A DNA stretch of 64,000 nt from Candidatus Ozemobacteraceae bacterium (GTDB lineage Bacteria > Muiribacteriota > Ozemobacteria > Ozemobacterales > Ozemobacteraceae). Location: contig OZ223236.1 of NCBI GenBank assembly GCA_965140445.1, forward strand, positions 2,944,001-3,008,000. The letters run 5' to 3'. Position 1 is the stretch's first letter. Each line of letters begins with the position of its first letter. Shown in pieces: positions 18,409-28,147 of this stretch. The position numbers and the translations under genes were made by a program. The notes below the pieces were generated by a model. It ran no database searches. It worked only from the letters and a program-made list of their open reading frames with translations, and had not been told where the DNA came from.

Positions 18409-18999
18409 TTAAAGTCTGGTTAAAACAATCATGTTGGCTGAAAGTTTTCCGGCGCTGTTTGCCAGATCAACTGGGAGGCAGGGGCCATGCTTAAACTTGT
18501 CTAACGGAAAATGCTTTTGAGCTTCCGATTCGTTTACTGGAACAAAAGGTTCACGATTCAGGTCTCGGCATCCGCGCAGAATGAAGAATCCGCCAGGTTT
18601 CAGAACTCTGGCAATTTCCTTGCCGAAATCGGGTCTGAGTTCATGGCTGATATGATGCATACAACAGCGGTCAGAGACTAAATCAAAAGAAGAATCAGCA
18701 AAGGGTAGGGCACAAACATTGGAAGTTATGTAAACCCCCGCAGAGTTTTCCCCAGGATTTTGGGCAATTTTAAGGGCTTCATGGGAAAAATCAATGCCAA
18801 AAGCCTTAAAACCTATTGATGACAAATAGCGCACGTCTGTGCCACTTCCGCAACCAAGATCGAGTGAATATGGGTTCTGCGGAATCTGAAGGCAGGCTAG
18901 GGCACCTATGAGCTCTTGCGAGGGCAATTCATAGTTCCATTTGCTCTGATATTCGCCAGATTTGTAACTTTTGTTCCAATATGAAGTTTCAACAACCAT
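18409..18999 (-). CDS. Class I SAM-dependent methyltransferase
   Basis: LDLGCGSG, LPFADSSFDLV, RVLKPGG. Confidence 0.9.
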   Translation of the reverse strand: MVVETSYWNKSYKSGEYQSKWNYELPSQELIGALACLQIPQNPYSLDLGCGSGTDVRYLSSIGFKAFGIDFSHEALKIAQNPGENSAGVYITSNVCALPFADSSFDLVSDRCCMHHISHELRPDFGKEIARVLKPGGFFILRGCRDLNREPFVPVNESEAQKHFPLDKFKHGPCLPVDLANSAGKLSANMIVLTRL

Positions 19000-19039
19000 G
19001 CCTCGAGTATACAATCCTGATTTATCAGATGCCAGTCTT

Positions 19040-19097
19040 TAATTATGGGGACACCTTACTTAATTCATTCGAATTAAGTAAGGTGTCCCCATAATTA
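19040..19097. repeat. Perfect 27-bp inverted repeat (REP doublet/REPIN-like)
   Basis: TAATTATGGGGACACCTTACTTAATTC-attc-GAATTAAGTAAGGTGTCCCCATAATTA. Confidence 0.92.
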
Positions 19098-19105
19098 TCC
19101 AAAAT

Positions 19106-19143
19106 AAAAAAACGGCTACCATCTTTATAATGGCAGCCGTTTT
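19106..19143 (-). terminator. Terminator of the tonB operon
   Basis: AAAACGGCTACCAT/ATGGCAGCCGTTTT stem with U-tract. Confidence 0.75.
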
Positions 19144-19157
19144 GAGAGACTTAATTA

Positions 19158-20228
19158 TTAGCTGTTAAGCTGGTATTGAACTGTGATTTTAACCCAGGTT
19201 TCTTTGGGTTCGCCGTCGACCAGGACTGGGGTGAAAACCCATCTGCGCAGGGCTTGAGCGCCGTTGATTGCGAGTTTAGGGTCGATGGTGGAGTTCATGG
19301 TTACTACGTCGCCTACGGTTCCTGATTGTTGGATAAGAACGCGATAAACGGCAAGGCCGCGAACGCCATTCTTTCTGGCCCATACTGGATATTCAGGAAG
19401 CTTCTTGGAAATGATTCCAGGAGGTGAGAAGTTTTCGGAGTTCCCGCCGAAGGATTCGATAGAACCGATTTTGAATTCGCCAGTATCTTCTGATTCCCTG
19501 GCTTCTTTTATTCCAATGTTTGCAGGAGCAATAGAAGCCTGTTCCATTGATTTTTCTTCCATTTCGAGAAAGTCAGATGGCATAAGTTCGTCAGCTGCGC
19601 CAGGCATATCAGCATCAGTTAACTCAAATTCTGGATCTCCAGAGAATGGATTTGCAGAACTGTATTGATTGATGTTTTCAAATGTCGGGTTAACGTGTGA
19701 AGGTTTAGGGTTAGCTACCACTTCAGGTTTTGCCTGAACCACTGCTGGTTTATCAGAAACACCATTGTTCACTGGAGCTTCTTTGGGAAGAACCTTTTTT
19801 ACTTCTTCAACAACTGGTGCTTTTGCTACAGCTTCCACTTTTTTTTGAACCTGTTTTACAGGCTTTTTGGAAACTACTTTCTCTGGAGCTTTAACCACTT
19901 TTTTTACTGCAGGTTTCTTAGCTACTTTTTTTACTGTTTTGGTTGTTTTGCTTTTGGACTTCTTGCGGGAAACAGACTTTCTTTTTCCTTTTGAAGCTTT
20001 CTTTGCAACAACTTTTTCTGTAACTTTTCTGGTTTCGTTTCCAGGAGTTTTAACCTGAGAAACCAATTTTACAGGAACAACCTTACGAACATTAGATTCT
20101 GCTTTGACGCTATTCCAGGCAAAAAAAGCGGATAGAGCCAATAGAAGTGCAAGGTGAACAATTATGGACAGCTTAACTTCATCAAGGCCTTCAAATTTTT
20201 TGGGTGCGAACAGCTTTACTATTTTCAT
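19158..20228 (-). CDS. tonB: TonB-family energy transducer
   Basis: TM with SxxxH (SIIVH), Lys/Pro-rich linker, C-terminal PEYP...G.V...WVFTP TonB_C domain. Confidence 0.88.
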   Translation of the reverse strand: MKIVKLFAPKKFEGLDEVKLSIIVHLALLLALSAFFAWNSVKAESNVRKVVPVKLVSQVKTPGNETRKVTEKVVAKKASKGKRKSVSRKKSKSKTTKTVKKVAKKPAVKKVVKAPEKVVSKKPVKQVQKKVEAVAKAPVVEEVKKVLPKEAPVNNGVSDKPAVVQAKPEVVANPKPSHVNPTFENINQYSSANPFSGDPEFELTDADMPGAADELMPSDFLEMEEKSMEQASIAPANIGIKEARESEDTGEFKIGSIESFGGNSENFSPPGIISKKLPEYPVWARKNGVRGLAVYRVLIQQSGTVGDVVTMNSTIDPKLAINGAQALRRWVFTPVLVDGEPKETWVKITVQYQLNS

Positions 20229-20635
20229 TTTTCCATTGTGGTTGAAAGGCCGAGGTTGTTTCCTCCAGCTTTTCTAAGGGTATCAAGAACCTGAACGATT
20301 CTTCCGTAGCTTGCGGCTTTGTCAGCTTCAACAAGGAGAGGCCTTGAAGGAGCATTGCTAACATATTTTTTTACAACTTCTTCGAGTTTCTGAACAGTAA
20401 GAACTTTGCCCTGAGCATGGATCTTACCATCTTTGGTAATCTGAACCGAAAGGTTTTCACCTTCAACTGAAGCTGAGTTTGATGCTCCAGGAAGATTCAC
20501 AGGAACCTTCTTAATGTTATTGGCGAAACTTGAAGTAATCATAAAGAAGAATACAAGAAGAAGAATTACATCGATAAGGTTGGTTACTACAATCTGAGGT
20601 TTGCTTTTTTTGCGATTAGGCAGCAGCTTTTTCAT
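20225..20635 (-). CDS. exbD: ExbD/TolR family protein
   Basis: LIDVILLLVFFFMIT, EADKAASYGRIVQVLD. Confidence 0.9.
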   Translation of the reverse strand: MKKLLPNRKKSKPQIVVTNLIDVILLLVFFFMITSSFANNIKKVPVNLPGASNSASVEGENLSVQITKDGKIHAQGKVLTVQKLEEVVKKYVSNAPSRPLLVEADKAASYGRIVQVLDTLRKAGGNNLGLSTTMEK

Positions 20636-21263
20636 ATCCAACCTCCATATTAGAAACAAGATTTACAAGTTCAAGTGTGCTGAATTCAATCTGTTCTGCA
20701 AATTCTTCGCCTTTGCCTTCACACCAGTTGTGAGCCACAAGAGCAGGAATTCCAACCATAAGGCCGGCCGCAGTAGTATAGAGGGCTTGAGAAATTCCGC
20801 CAGCTAAAGCAGTCGGATCACCAATTCCCACAGTTGAAATCACAGCAAACGAAGAGATCATACCGGTTACAGTTCCGGTTAAACCAAGCAATGGAGTAAT
20901 GCTGGCAATGGTGCTAAGCTTTCCAAGGTGCTTGTCGTATTTTTTCATTTGAAGAATGGCTTCCTGGCGCATAACGTCCACGAGGTCTTCTTTTTTGAGA
21001 TCAAGATGGTCGATTCCAGCTGCAATTACGTTTGCAAGTGGGGTATTCTCGGCTCTGCAGATTTTCATGGCTTCGAGATAGTTGCGGCATTTGATTGCAT
21101 TTTTGATGCTCTTCATGAAGGTAGAAGCCTGAAAACGATTGCGATGATAGAATCTAATTCTTTCGATTAAGATTGCAACGGCGAGAACAGAACACGCGAC
21201 GATTGGCAGCATAATTGGGCCACCACTAACGAACAGATCGACAATAAACAAATCTTTTAACAT
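20616..21263 (-). CDS. exbB: ExbB/TolQ/MotA family proton channel
   Basis: TPLLGLTGTVTGMI, GISQALYTTAAGL. Confidence 0.92.
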   Translation of the reverse strand: MLKDLFIVDLFVSGGPIMLPIVACSVLAVAILIERIRFYHRNRFQASTFMKSIKNAIKCRNYLEAMKICRAENTPLANVIAAGIDHLDLKKEDLVDVMRQEAILQMKKYDKHLGKLSTIASITPLLGLTGTVTGMISSFAVISTVGIGDPTALAGGISQALYTTAAGLMVGIPALVAHNWCEGKGEEFAEQIEFSTLELVNLVSNMEVGYEKAAA

Positions 21264-21272
21264 GTTTGCCTC

Positions 21273-22886
21273 CTAGAAATGCGCTTCAACGCCAGCTACA
21301 GTAAGTCGTCCTTCTTCCGGGACGTTATATCTTAAGTCTTTAGCTTCATCATAAAGGTCTTTGACCTTGAGATAGGCGTTGTAAGTTTTATTCAGTTTGT
21401 ATCTCACAAGTAGATCAGATCTTGAGTAGTCATCCGCACCGAATGAATTTGTTGGTGTGTAAGCAGTGCGGTCAAATTCAGCTCTTCTTGTAAAATCAAC
21501 CATTACTTTACCTTCGGTATAATTGAACCCGACATCAAGGGTTCTTTTTGGTTCGTAAGAAAGTTTTCTTCCGTTAGAACTGTCTTCAGGTGTTTGATAA
21601 GTGCTTTTGAGAGAAATTTTAAAATGATCTTCAATTTTGAAAGCGCCTCTTAAAGAAGTGCCTTTTCTTTTTGCTTCGTTTAAGAATCTGAAAGTTGAAG
21701 TGAGCATTGCTTTACCAGGATCATAGAGATCAAGGGTTTCAAGGTAGTTAGACTCTTTTTCGCTGAAGATATCGATTCCGAGTGTGTCACCTTTTTTGGT
21801 TCTGTAGTTAAGAGATGCAGCCATCTTTTTGAGATGAGAAGCTTTGAGAGAGTTATTAACAACATACCTTGAAGGCATGAAGATTTTTTCCATTGAATCG
21901 TTGCCAAGATCTTCGTCATAAGAAAGAACCAACTGCCATGGCTGAGCAAATCTATGGTCCAGTTTCACGTAAGGGGCCATTTTATCTGTGCTCATCAGAC
22001 TCATGCTTTTGATTCCGAATTTAGCGTTGGTTTTGCTGCTTACATCATAGTCTCCGCCAAGATCCACAACTGATTTTGTCAGTTCTCTATCAGGAGAACC
22101 TGTGGTGGTGTATTTGTCAGAAACCATTGAAAGGGCAGCCTTCCCTTTGAAAGAAGGGCTGAAAGATTTCAGATATGAAGCACCTGCCGCAAAAGAAAAT
22201 AGTGAATCTTCTTCTTTAAAACTAATGTTTGAGTTGGTAACTTCGCGACCGAGGGAAGTGATGTCAGCGTTAGCCTTGAAGAACGAACCATCTTCGAGGG
22301 TTGAATGGCCAGAAACGCCAATGCGTCCACCTGAATCTTCTATTCCGGCGTTTGCAGTTGGAATAAGGCGAGATCCACGTTGAGCAAAGCTGTTGCTTCC
22401 ATATTCCCCGTTTACTGAAAGCATGTAACTGCCTTCACCGGTTGAGGTTACACGGCCTGAAACACCAGTTTTTTCTTCGTCATAAAACGATTTATATCCA
22501 TCTTTAGTCATTCGGGAAATAGCGATGTCGCCTGTGTAACCGTTGCGGACGCCTTTGCCGTTAAGGATGATTTCATCAGCGCCACGGTTTCCAATACCCA
22601 ATGCCACAGAAATTTCTTCTTTGTTTTCCTTATGGATGTTGCTGGCGATCTTCTTTTCAACGAGAGGGCGCTTTTCCATCTGAATTTCTTCTGGAATCAA
22701 ATCTGGCATAGGAGAGGTGCGCTCACCCATGTTAATTTCCAGATCGTTGATGTCTGGTGTGATTTTTTCCTGCTGGGCATCCTGGCCTACTACCTGGATT
22801 TTACCCATGTCGTAAGCGTCAGCAGCAAAAAGAGTGGAACTACAACTTAATACAATAGCAAATGCAACAATCTTGAGTTTATGCAT
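21273..22886 (-). CDS. Outer-membrane beta-barrel, TonB-dependent-receptor-like
   Basis: Signal peptide, TonB-box-like IQVVG, alternating beta strands, C-terminal Phe (VEAHF), upstream of exbBD-tonB. Confidence 0.72.
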   Translation of the reverse strand: MHKLKIVAFAIVLSCSSTLFAADAYDMGKIQVVGQDAQQEKITPDINDLEINMGERTSPMPDLIPEEIQMEKRPLVEKKIASNIHKENKEEISVALGIGNRGADEIILNGKGVRNGYTGDIAISRMTKDGYKSFYDEEKTGVSGRVTSTGEGSYMLSVNGEYGSNSFAQRGSRLIPTANAGIEDSGGRIGVSGHSTLEDGSFFKANADITSLGREVTNSNISFKEEDSLFSFAAGASYLKSFSPSFKGKAALSMVSDKYTTTGSPDRELTKSVVDLGGDYDVSSKTNAKFGIKSMSLMSTDKMAPYVKLDHRFAQPWQLVLSYDEDLGNDSMEKIFMPSRYVVNNSLKASHLKKMAASLNYRTKKGDTLGIDIFSEKESNYLETLDLYDPGKAMLTSTFRFLNEAKRKGTSLRGAFKIEDHFKISLKSTYQTPEDSSNGRKLSYEPKRTLDVGFNYTEGKVMVDFTRRAEFDRTAYTPTNSFGADDYSRSDLLVRYKLNKTYNAYLKVKDLYDEAKDLRYNVPEEGRLTVAGVEAHF

Positions 22887-23050
22887 GATTTGCCTCCAGC
22901 CTATTTATTTTCTGTTATCAATATCGACAGAAAGGCAGGGGGAAATTAGTGAGAAATTAGGTAGAAAATTACTAATAGACGCAATTAGAGACCAGCAGAG
23001 GCTGGACAGAGAAAAAAATATTTTGCGCTGCAGTGTAGGTGTTTGTGCAT

Positions 23051-23091
23051 AAAAAAAGAGAGTCACATTTGCTTCAAATGCGACTCTCTCT
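23051..23091 (-). terminator. Terminator after the TPR gene
   Basis: AGAGAGTCACATTTG/CAAATGCGACTCTCT stem, U-tract on minus. Confidence 0.7.
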
Positions 23092-23109
23092 TGTTGAAAA
23101 CAGAATAAA

Positions 23110-25218
23110 CTAATTCTTTAATTTTTTTTCAGCTTCAAGTTTTAATTCTGGTGATGGTGAAGAGTCCAAAACCTGCTGCCACATTGCCAGTGATTTTTTA
23201 AGATTGTCTTTGCTTTCGTAAGCTTTTGCGGCTTCTGCATAGGCTTCTGCTGCAAGATTGCTTTGTGGATACAAAACTGGAACCTTGAGAATTGCAAGAA
23301 TACCTTCATCAATATCTTTGTTAGCTATCAATGATTTTCCAAGCCAAAGTTGACTTTCCGGGATTGCGGCGTCAGTTGATGGATAATCCTTCAAAAGCTT
23401 TTTAAAAGTTTCTATGGCTGCCGGGTAATCGCCGGTCATATACAATGAAATTCCTGTTGCTCTCTTGGCTCTTGAAGCAAGAGGGTGGGTTGGTTCTTCG
23501 GCAACAATCGCTTTGTAATGCTGGATTGCCAATGGGTAGTTTTTTAAAGATCTTGCTATTTCGGCAATCTGAAATCTGGATTCCTGTCTAAAGTACCCCT
23601 TTGCATCACCGAGCTGAGAAAAGGCCGCCAAAGCCTGTCCTTGATCTTTTATCTCAAGAAAGCAGAGACCCTTTTTAAAGATGGCATCTTCTCTAAGTTT
23701 GCCTTCGGGGTATGTGTCGAGGTAGGCATTAAATCTTTCAATTGCATCAGGGTACCGCGCAGCTTTCATGAGAACTTCACCAGCCCTGAATAAAGCCTGA
23801 GAAGATAGCTCCTGATTTCCCTTTGCAATAGTTTCAAAAGCTGCGAGAGCTTCGGCATAGCTATTGGTCATATAGGCCAGTTCGCCAAGCTGATAAAGGG
23901 CATCGTATTTGGTTTTTCCTGTTGGAAACAACTTGAGCAACTTGCTGAAGTTATCACCTGCCAGCTTAATATTGCCAAGATTGAAATAGCATTCACCAAT
24001 TCGATAAATTGCTTTTTCTCTGATTTCAGGGTCGGTTTTGTCGGAATTAATTTTTTCAAATTCTTTCAAAGCCTCTGGAAATTTACTCATTGCTACATAA
24101 GACAGGCCGATCTGATAAATCGTTTCATCAATACGAAGGCTTTTTGGAAACATTTTCTGGAAGCTTTCGTATGTACGGATACTATCTGTAAATTCGCCTG
24201 TTCTTGATTGAGCAAGGCCTTTTAAATAAAGAAGCTGTTCTTTGTCCTTTTTGTTTACGATTTCAATGGCGGTTGTCATCCACTTTATCGCTTCAGGGTA
24301 CTGATGCATATTCATCAGAAGATCGATCAGATTCTTTGCAGCTTCTTTTCGAACTACTGAATTGGGCATTTCGGTCAATCTTTTAAAGATCTTAAGTGCT
24401 TCATCAGGATTTTTAAGTTTAATGTTGCACCATGCCAACGAATAGCTGGCTTTTTGCGAAATAACAGAATTAGGGTCCTGGGCGATGGTTTTTCCATACC
24501 AGTTTTTAGCTTCATCGAATTTTCGTGCTCTAAAATTGGACTCTGCGACATAAAACAACAGGGGCTGCTTCTTCTCTTCAGGACAAAGAGGAAGGGCTTG
24601 TTCAAAGTGCTTTAATGCCTGAGGAAAAATACTTTTGTTGAATTTCCCGATTCCGGCTTGCAGGTGGCACTCGTATTTTTGGGTATCAGTTAATTCAGGT
24701 TGGGCGAGCAGTGATTCGTAGGTGTCAATAACCGACTGTCCATCCATTGAATACTTAACCATAAGAAAGCCGCGTTTCATATTTGCGTCAATCCAAAGCT
24801 GGGGATCGGTTTTTCTAACTCTTGCAAAAGCTTCTACTGCGGATTTTGGGTTGTTATCCCTTGAATGTGCCCAACCAAGTCCATAAGCAGCTCTGTCGTA
24901 AAAAATACTGTTTGGATATGATTTGAGAAGTTTGTCATACAAGCCGATTGATTTAAGCCAGTTTTTTTGTCGGTATTCACATTCTGCAAGCCAAAATAAT
25001 GCACCATCAGCCTGAGAAAAAACTGCAGGCTCAGACAATATTCGGTTTAAAACTTTTCCAGCTTCTTCATAGAGGTGCCTTTGGATGAGCCCAAGAGCAT
25101 ATTTGTATTGCTCTGTTTGTTCAGGGGTGTCTGCTCGCAAAAGCATAGGACTGGTTACAAAAAAAACACTTAAAGCAAAAATCAAAATTTGCTTTGGTAA
25201 GGCAAAATTCTTGTTCAT
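23110..25218 (-). CDS. Exported multi-TPR protein (CpoB/BamD-like repeats)
   Basis: Signal peptide and many A.Y.LG...Y...A...F......YP repeats. Confidence 0.9.
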   Translation of the reverse strand: MNKNFALPKQILIFALSVFFVTSPMLLRADTPEQTEQYKYALGLIQRHLYEEAGKVLNRILSEPAVFSQADGALFWLAECEYRQKNWLKSIGLYDKLLKSYPNSIFYDRAAYGLGWAHSRDNNPKSAVEAFARVRKTDPQLWIDANMKRGFLMVKYSMDGQSVIDTYESLLAQPELTDTQKYECHLQAGIGKFNKSIFPQALKHFEQALPLCPEEKKQPLLFYVAESNFRARKFDEAKNWYGKTIAQDPNSVISQKASYSLAWCNIKLKNPDEALKIFKRLTEMPNSVVRKEAAKNLIDLLMNMHQYPEAIKWMTTAIEIVNKKDKEQLLYLKGLAQSRTGEFTDSIRTYESFQKMFPKSLRIDETIYQIGLSYVAMSKFPEALKEFEKINSDKTDPEIREKAIYRIGECYFNLGNIKLAGDNFSKLLKLFPTGKTKYDALYQLGELAYMTNSYAEALAAFETIAKGNQELSSQALFRAGEVLMKAARYPDAIERFNAYLDTYPEGKLREDAIFKKGLCFLEIKDQGQALAAFSQLGDAKGYFRQESRFQIAEIARSLKNYPLAIQHYKAIVAEEPTHPLASRAKRATGISLYMTGDYPAAIETFKKLLKDYPSTDAAIPESQLWLGKSLIANKDIDEGILAILKVPVLYPQSNLAAEAYAEAAKAYESKDNLKKSLAMWQQVLDSSPSPELKLEAEKKLKN

Positions 25219-25246
25219 TCAGCAATCCACTTTCTTTAGAATTATC

Positions 25247-25411
25247 TTATTTATCTTCAGGCTCTTCTTTTTTGGGGCCATCTTTCTGGGCATCTTTAAA
25301 TTCTCTAATTCCGCGTCCGAGGGCTTTTCCTATTTCAGGTAATTTGCCGGGACCGAATAGAATCAGAATGATAACCAGAATAACGATTAACTCAGTAAAT
25401 CCTATTCCCAT
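25247..25411 (-). CDS. tatA: Twin-arginine translocase subunit TatA (missed by ORF track)
   Basis: Manual translation [42 protein letters not shown]..., 54 aa. Confidence 0.95.
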   Translation of the reverse strand: MGIGFTELIVILVIILILFGPGKLPEIGKALGRGIREFKDAQKDGPKKEEPEDK

Positions 25412-25538
25412 TTTTCCCTCCATGAGGCGTTGGCTTAATATTCAGTATCAGATTCTAGCACGGTGAATCTCTATCATCAAGGGCGAAAGGGAATCAATAT
25501 AGATTGACAAAGTATTTTCCCTGAATTACCCTGAAACT

Positions 25539-27104
25539 ATGGTAAAAACAATAGCAAGGACATATGTATATCCTTTTATATTTCTTGTGTTACTGGTCTC
25601 TGCGCCAATCTTTTGTCAGGCGCAAGTTGTTGACGCCAACGCTTTGTTAGTCGATATTCCAGAGCCCCCTGGCGCGAGATCAGAACTCCCTTCACCCGTT
25701 CCAATGGTCTATGAATTCATGGGCGGTGTTATGGATGGCGAATATGATAAATGTCTATCAAATTTCCATGTAAGGTCTTTTTTGGAGATCTTGTTTGGAA
25801 GGCAATTATCGCGTTTGTCGCCCGCTGAAAGTCAGGAGCTTTACTCCTACCAGGTGCAGACTCACAGAAACGAATTCAGATTCCTCGCTGGAATAATGAA
25901 TCGAGTCGCAAAAGGTGCCAAGATTAGCTATTCGGACCCTCGATATCACAAGAAAGTTCAGGCTAAAATTGTTATTAGATTGCATACCACCAAAGGCAAG
26001 TTTGAATTTGTAGTTTACTGTCGATTTGCAGAAGAAAGATGGTGGGTATACGACTACATTCTTAACGGACAAAGACTTAGCCATGTTTTCAGATCCGCTC
26101 TTAAGAATGTTAGAGTTAATACATATACCAACAGTTTAAAACCTTTCTATAAAGATAAAAGAGGATTCAGGCCAATTCGTAATAAAGAATACGATTTGAG
26201 CATTTATGTGCCAAACACATTCAAAATAAAAGAAAAGGTTAGTCCAGCTTTGCTTGCTGCTGTAAGTGCATTCGGAGGGCAGTTCCTTCTGCATATTCAG
26301 GCCGCTCAATATGATGAACCTCAAACGCTTTCACAGGTTGGGCAGTCTATTAAAGACAGTTTGATGCCTTTCCAGCCACGTTTGTATGATCAATGGAAAT
26401 CAGAATTAGCGGGCGTTGAAATTGGCCATGTTTTATTCCATTTCCTCAAGGGCGGAAAGAGACTTTATACTCACATGGTTATTGTTCCATTGGGTAAAAA
26501 GCTTATCGTATTAAATTTTTATCACAACAGTCTGCAGATGCTTAAGCATATGACTAATCTTCGAGAAAAAATGATCGAAAGTCTTGCATTACCAAAAATT
26601 GAAGCTTCAGGTGGAGTTTTGCCGGGTGAATTCCCTGATGAAATTACTCTGAATGCCAGTAATGACTTCGGCAGCCTCGAAAGCGGAAATGATTTTGGTG
26701 GCAACGATATTAAGGTCTCATCTGATATGCCTTCAGAATTAGAACCACCTTCCGGATTCGATGTTGATGATGATAATTATGTTGATGAATTCTCTGATCC
26801 TTCCAACCTGGATCCAGGTGAATCAGAAATTCCACCTCCAACTGAAGATGAAGCTGCTGGAATGCTAACTCCTGATAGTTACGGTTCTGGCGGCGGAAAT
26901 GATGATTATCCAGAGCCTCCTCCACCGCCACCACTTGATGATGAAGACATGGGAGTTGCTCAGGATAATACCTATGGCGGCGACGATGAAATCCCACCGC
27001 CTCCACCTCCTGGAAGCTACGGAGATGGCAGTGGCTCAGTTGGCGGAGATGACGATGATTACTTCACTCCAGAGCCGGGCGAAGGAAGCGAAGTTTCATT
27101 TTAA
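25539..27104 (+). CDS. Exported protein with MlaC-like N-terminal domain, second globular domain and acidic Pro-rich tail
   Basis: Signal peptide; WWVYDYILNGQRLS resembles MlaC; C-terminal D/E/P/G low complexity. Confidence 0.6.
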   Translation: MVKTIARTYVYPFIFLVLLVSAPIFCQAQVVDANALLVDIPEPPGARSELPSPVPMVYEFMGGVMDGEYDKCLSNFHVRSFLEILFGRQLSRLSPAESQELYSYQVQTHRNEFRFLAGIMNRVAKGAKISYSDPRYHKKVQAKIVIRLHTTKGKFEFVVYCRFAEERWWVYDYILNGQRLSHVFRSALKNVRVNTYTNSLKPFYKDKRGFRPIRNKEYDLSIYVPNTFKIKEKVSPALLAAVSAFGGQFLLHIQAAQYDEPQTLSQVGQSIKDSLMPFQPRLYDQWKSELAGVEIGHVLFHFLKGGKRLYTHMVIVPLGKKLIVLNFYHNSLQMLKHMTNLREKMIESLALPKIEASGGVLPGEFPDEITLNASNDFGSLESGNDFGGNDIKVSSDMPSELEPPSGFDVDDDNYVDEFSDPSNLDPGESEIPPPTEDEAAGMLTPDSYGSGGGNDDYPEPPPPPPLDDEDMGVAQDNTYGGDDEIPPPPPPGSYGDGSGSVGGDDDDYFTPEPGEGSEVSF

Positions 27105-27112
27105 ACCAGCAT

Positions 27113-27155
27113 AAAAAAACGAGGGCTGAATTTAATTTCAGCCCTCGTTTTTTTT
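27113..27155. terminator. Bidirectional terminator
   Basis: A7-CGAGGGCTGAA/TTCAGCCCTCG-T8 between convergent genes. Confidence 0.85.
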
Positions 27156-27162
27156 ACGCCAA

Positions 27163-27188
27163 TAATTATGGGGACACCTTACTTAATT
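27163..27188 (+). repeat. Single REP-like copy
   Basis: TAATTATGGGGACACCTTACTTAATT, identical to the arm at 19040. Confidence 0.88.
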
Positions 27189-27213
27189 ATCTGGTTTTGT
27201 TAATTTGAAACTA

Positions 27214-27789
27214 CTATTTTTTCTTGGCCAGATTCATAGGACCGTTTGGAAATGGTCTGTGCTGCTTGTTGAAAATGGCTTGATAAGAGTATTTTACGTC
27301 TTCAAGGGTGAAAAAAGCATGAGGATCAATTTCTTTAATCGTGGAAATCAACTCTGGAATTACCCGTCTTTTTTCTACAACTAGCACTATTTCAACAGGA
27401 AGGGAATTCTCACCAATTGCCGGCAAGCTTGTCACTGTGTAATTTAGTTTCCTTAACTCAGTTGCAAGATGAATCTTGGAGTTCTCAGAAATCGCCCGCA
27501 CCAGCTGAACGCCCATAGCAATTTTTCCCTCAAACCAGATCCCAATATAGTTGCCAGCTGCGAATCCAGCCGCATAAGAAACCGCTAGATACCAGTGCTG
27601 AAGGTTAGTGATAACCTTACTGGCTGCAGCCAACCAGATTAAGACTTCAAAGAAGCCTGCAACCGCAGCAATGAGGCGATAGCCCCTAAATACCATTATT
27701 GTTCTGATGGTTCCAAGGGATACATCAAGGATGCGAGCGAAAAATATGGCAAGGCAAAGGAGTAGGGGATTAGCTAATAGAGTTTCCAT
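27214..27789 (-). CDS. DUF2179/UPF0316 membrane protein
   Basis: IFFARILDVSLGTIRTI, GFFEVLIW, YAAGFAAGNYIG, IDPHAF. Confidence 0.88.
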   Translation of the reverse strand: METLLANPLLLCLAIFFARILDVSLGTIRTIMVFRGYRLIAAVAGFFEVLIWLAAASKVITNLQHWYLAVSYAAGFAAGNYIGIWFEGKIAMGVQLVRAISENSKIHLATELRKLNYTVTSLPAIGENSLPVEIVLVVEKRRVIPELISTIKEIDPHAFFTLEDVKYSYQAIFNKQHRPFPNGPMNLAKKK

Positions 27790-28147
27790 TTGATTCCTTT
27801 TAGGTCGAAAATTTGTTGCGAAGATTGTAACCTTAAAAGGAGAATTTTGCTACGCTCAGTTTTTATTCGTTCTTTCGTATGCTTTCAGCATTTTCTCAAG
27901 TTCTTCATTGGTCGAAGTATACTTTTTTATATAGTGATTTAGGTGTAATTCCAGTGAAAATGTGCCTTCATACAGAATATTTTTGGGGAACAAAGTTTAA
28001 GATTTAATTTTGGTTAGGTGCATCAGAAGAGATTTAAACTACTCCTTCACCAAAGAACGATAGACAGTTTGCATTTTAGCCTGCTTGAAATTTCCAGAAA
28101 AACACGTAAAATCTGGGAATACATTTGTCAACATTAAGGATTTTTAC

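Noticed and set aside
12675..19097. Repeats considered as a CRISPR array
   Set aside because: Spacing is kilobases with whole genes between copies; no cas genes
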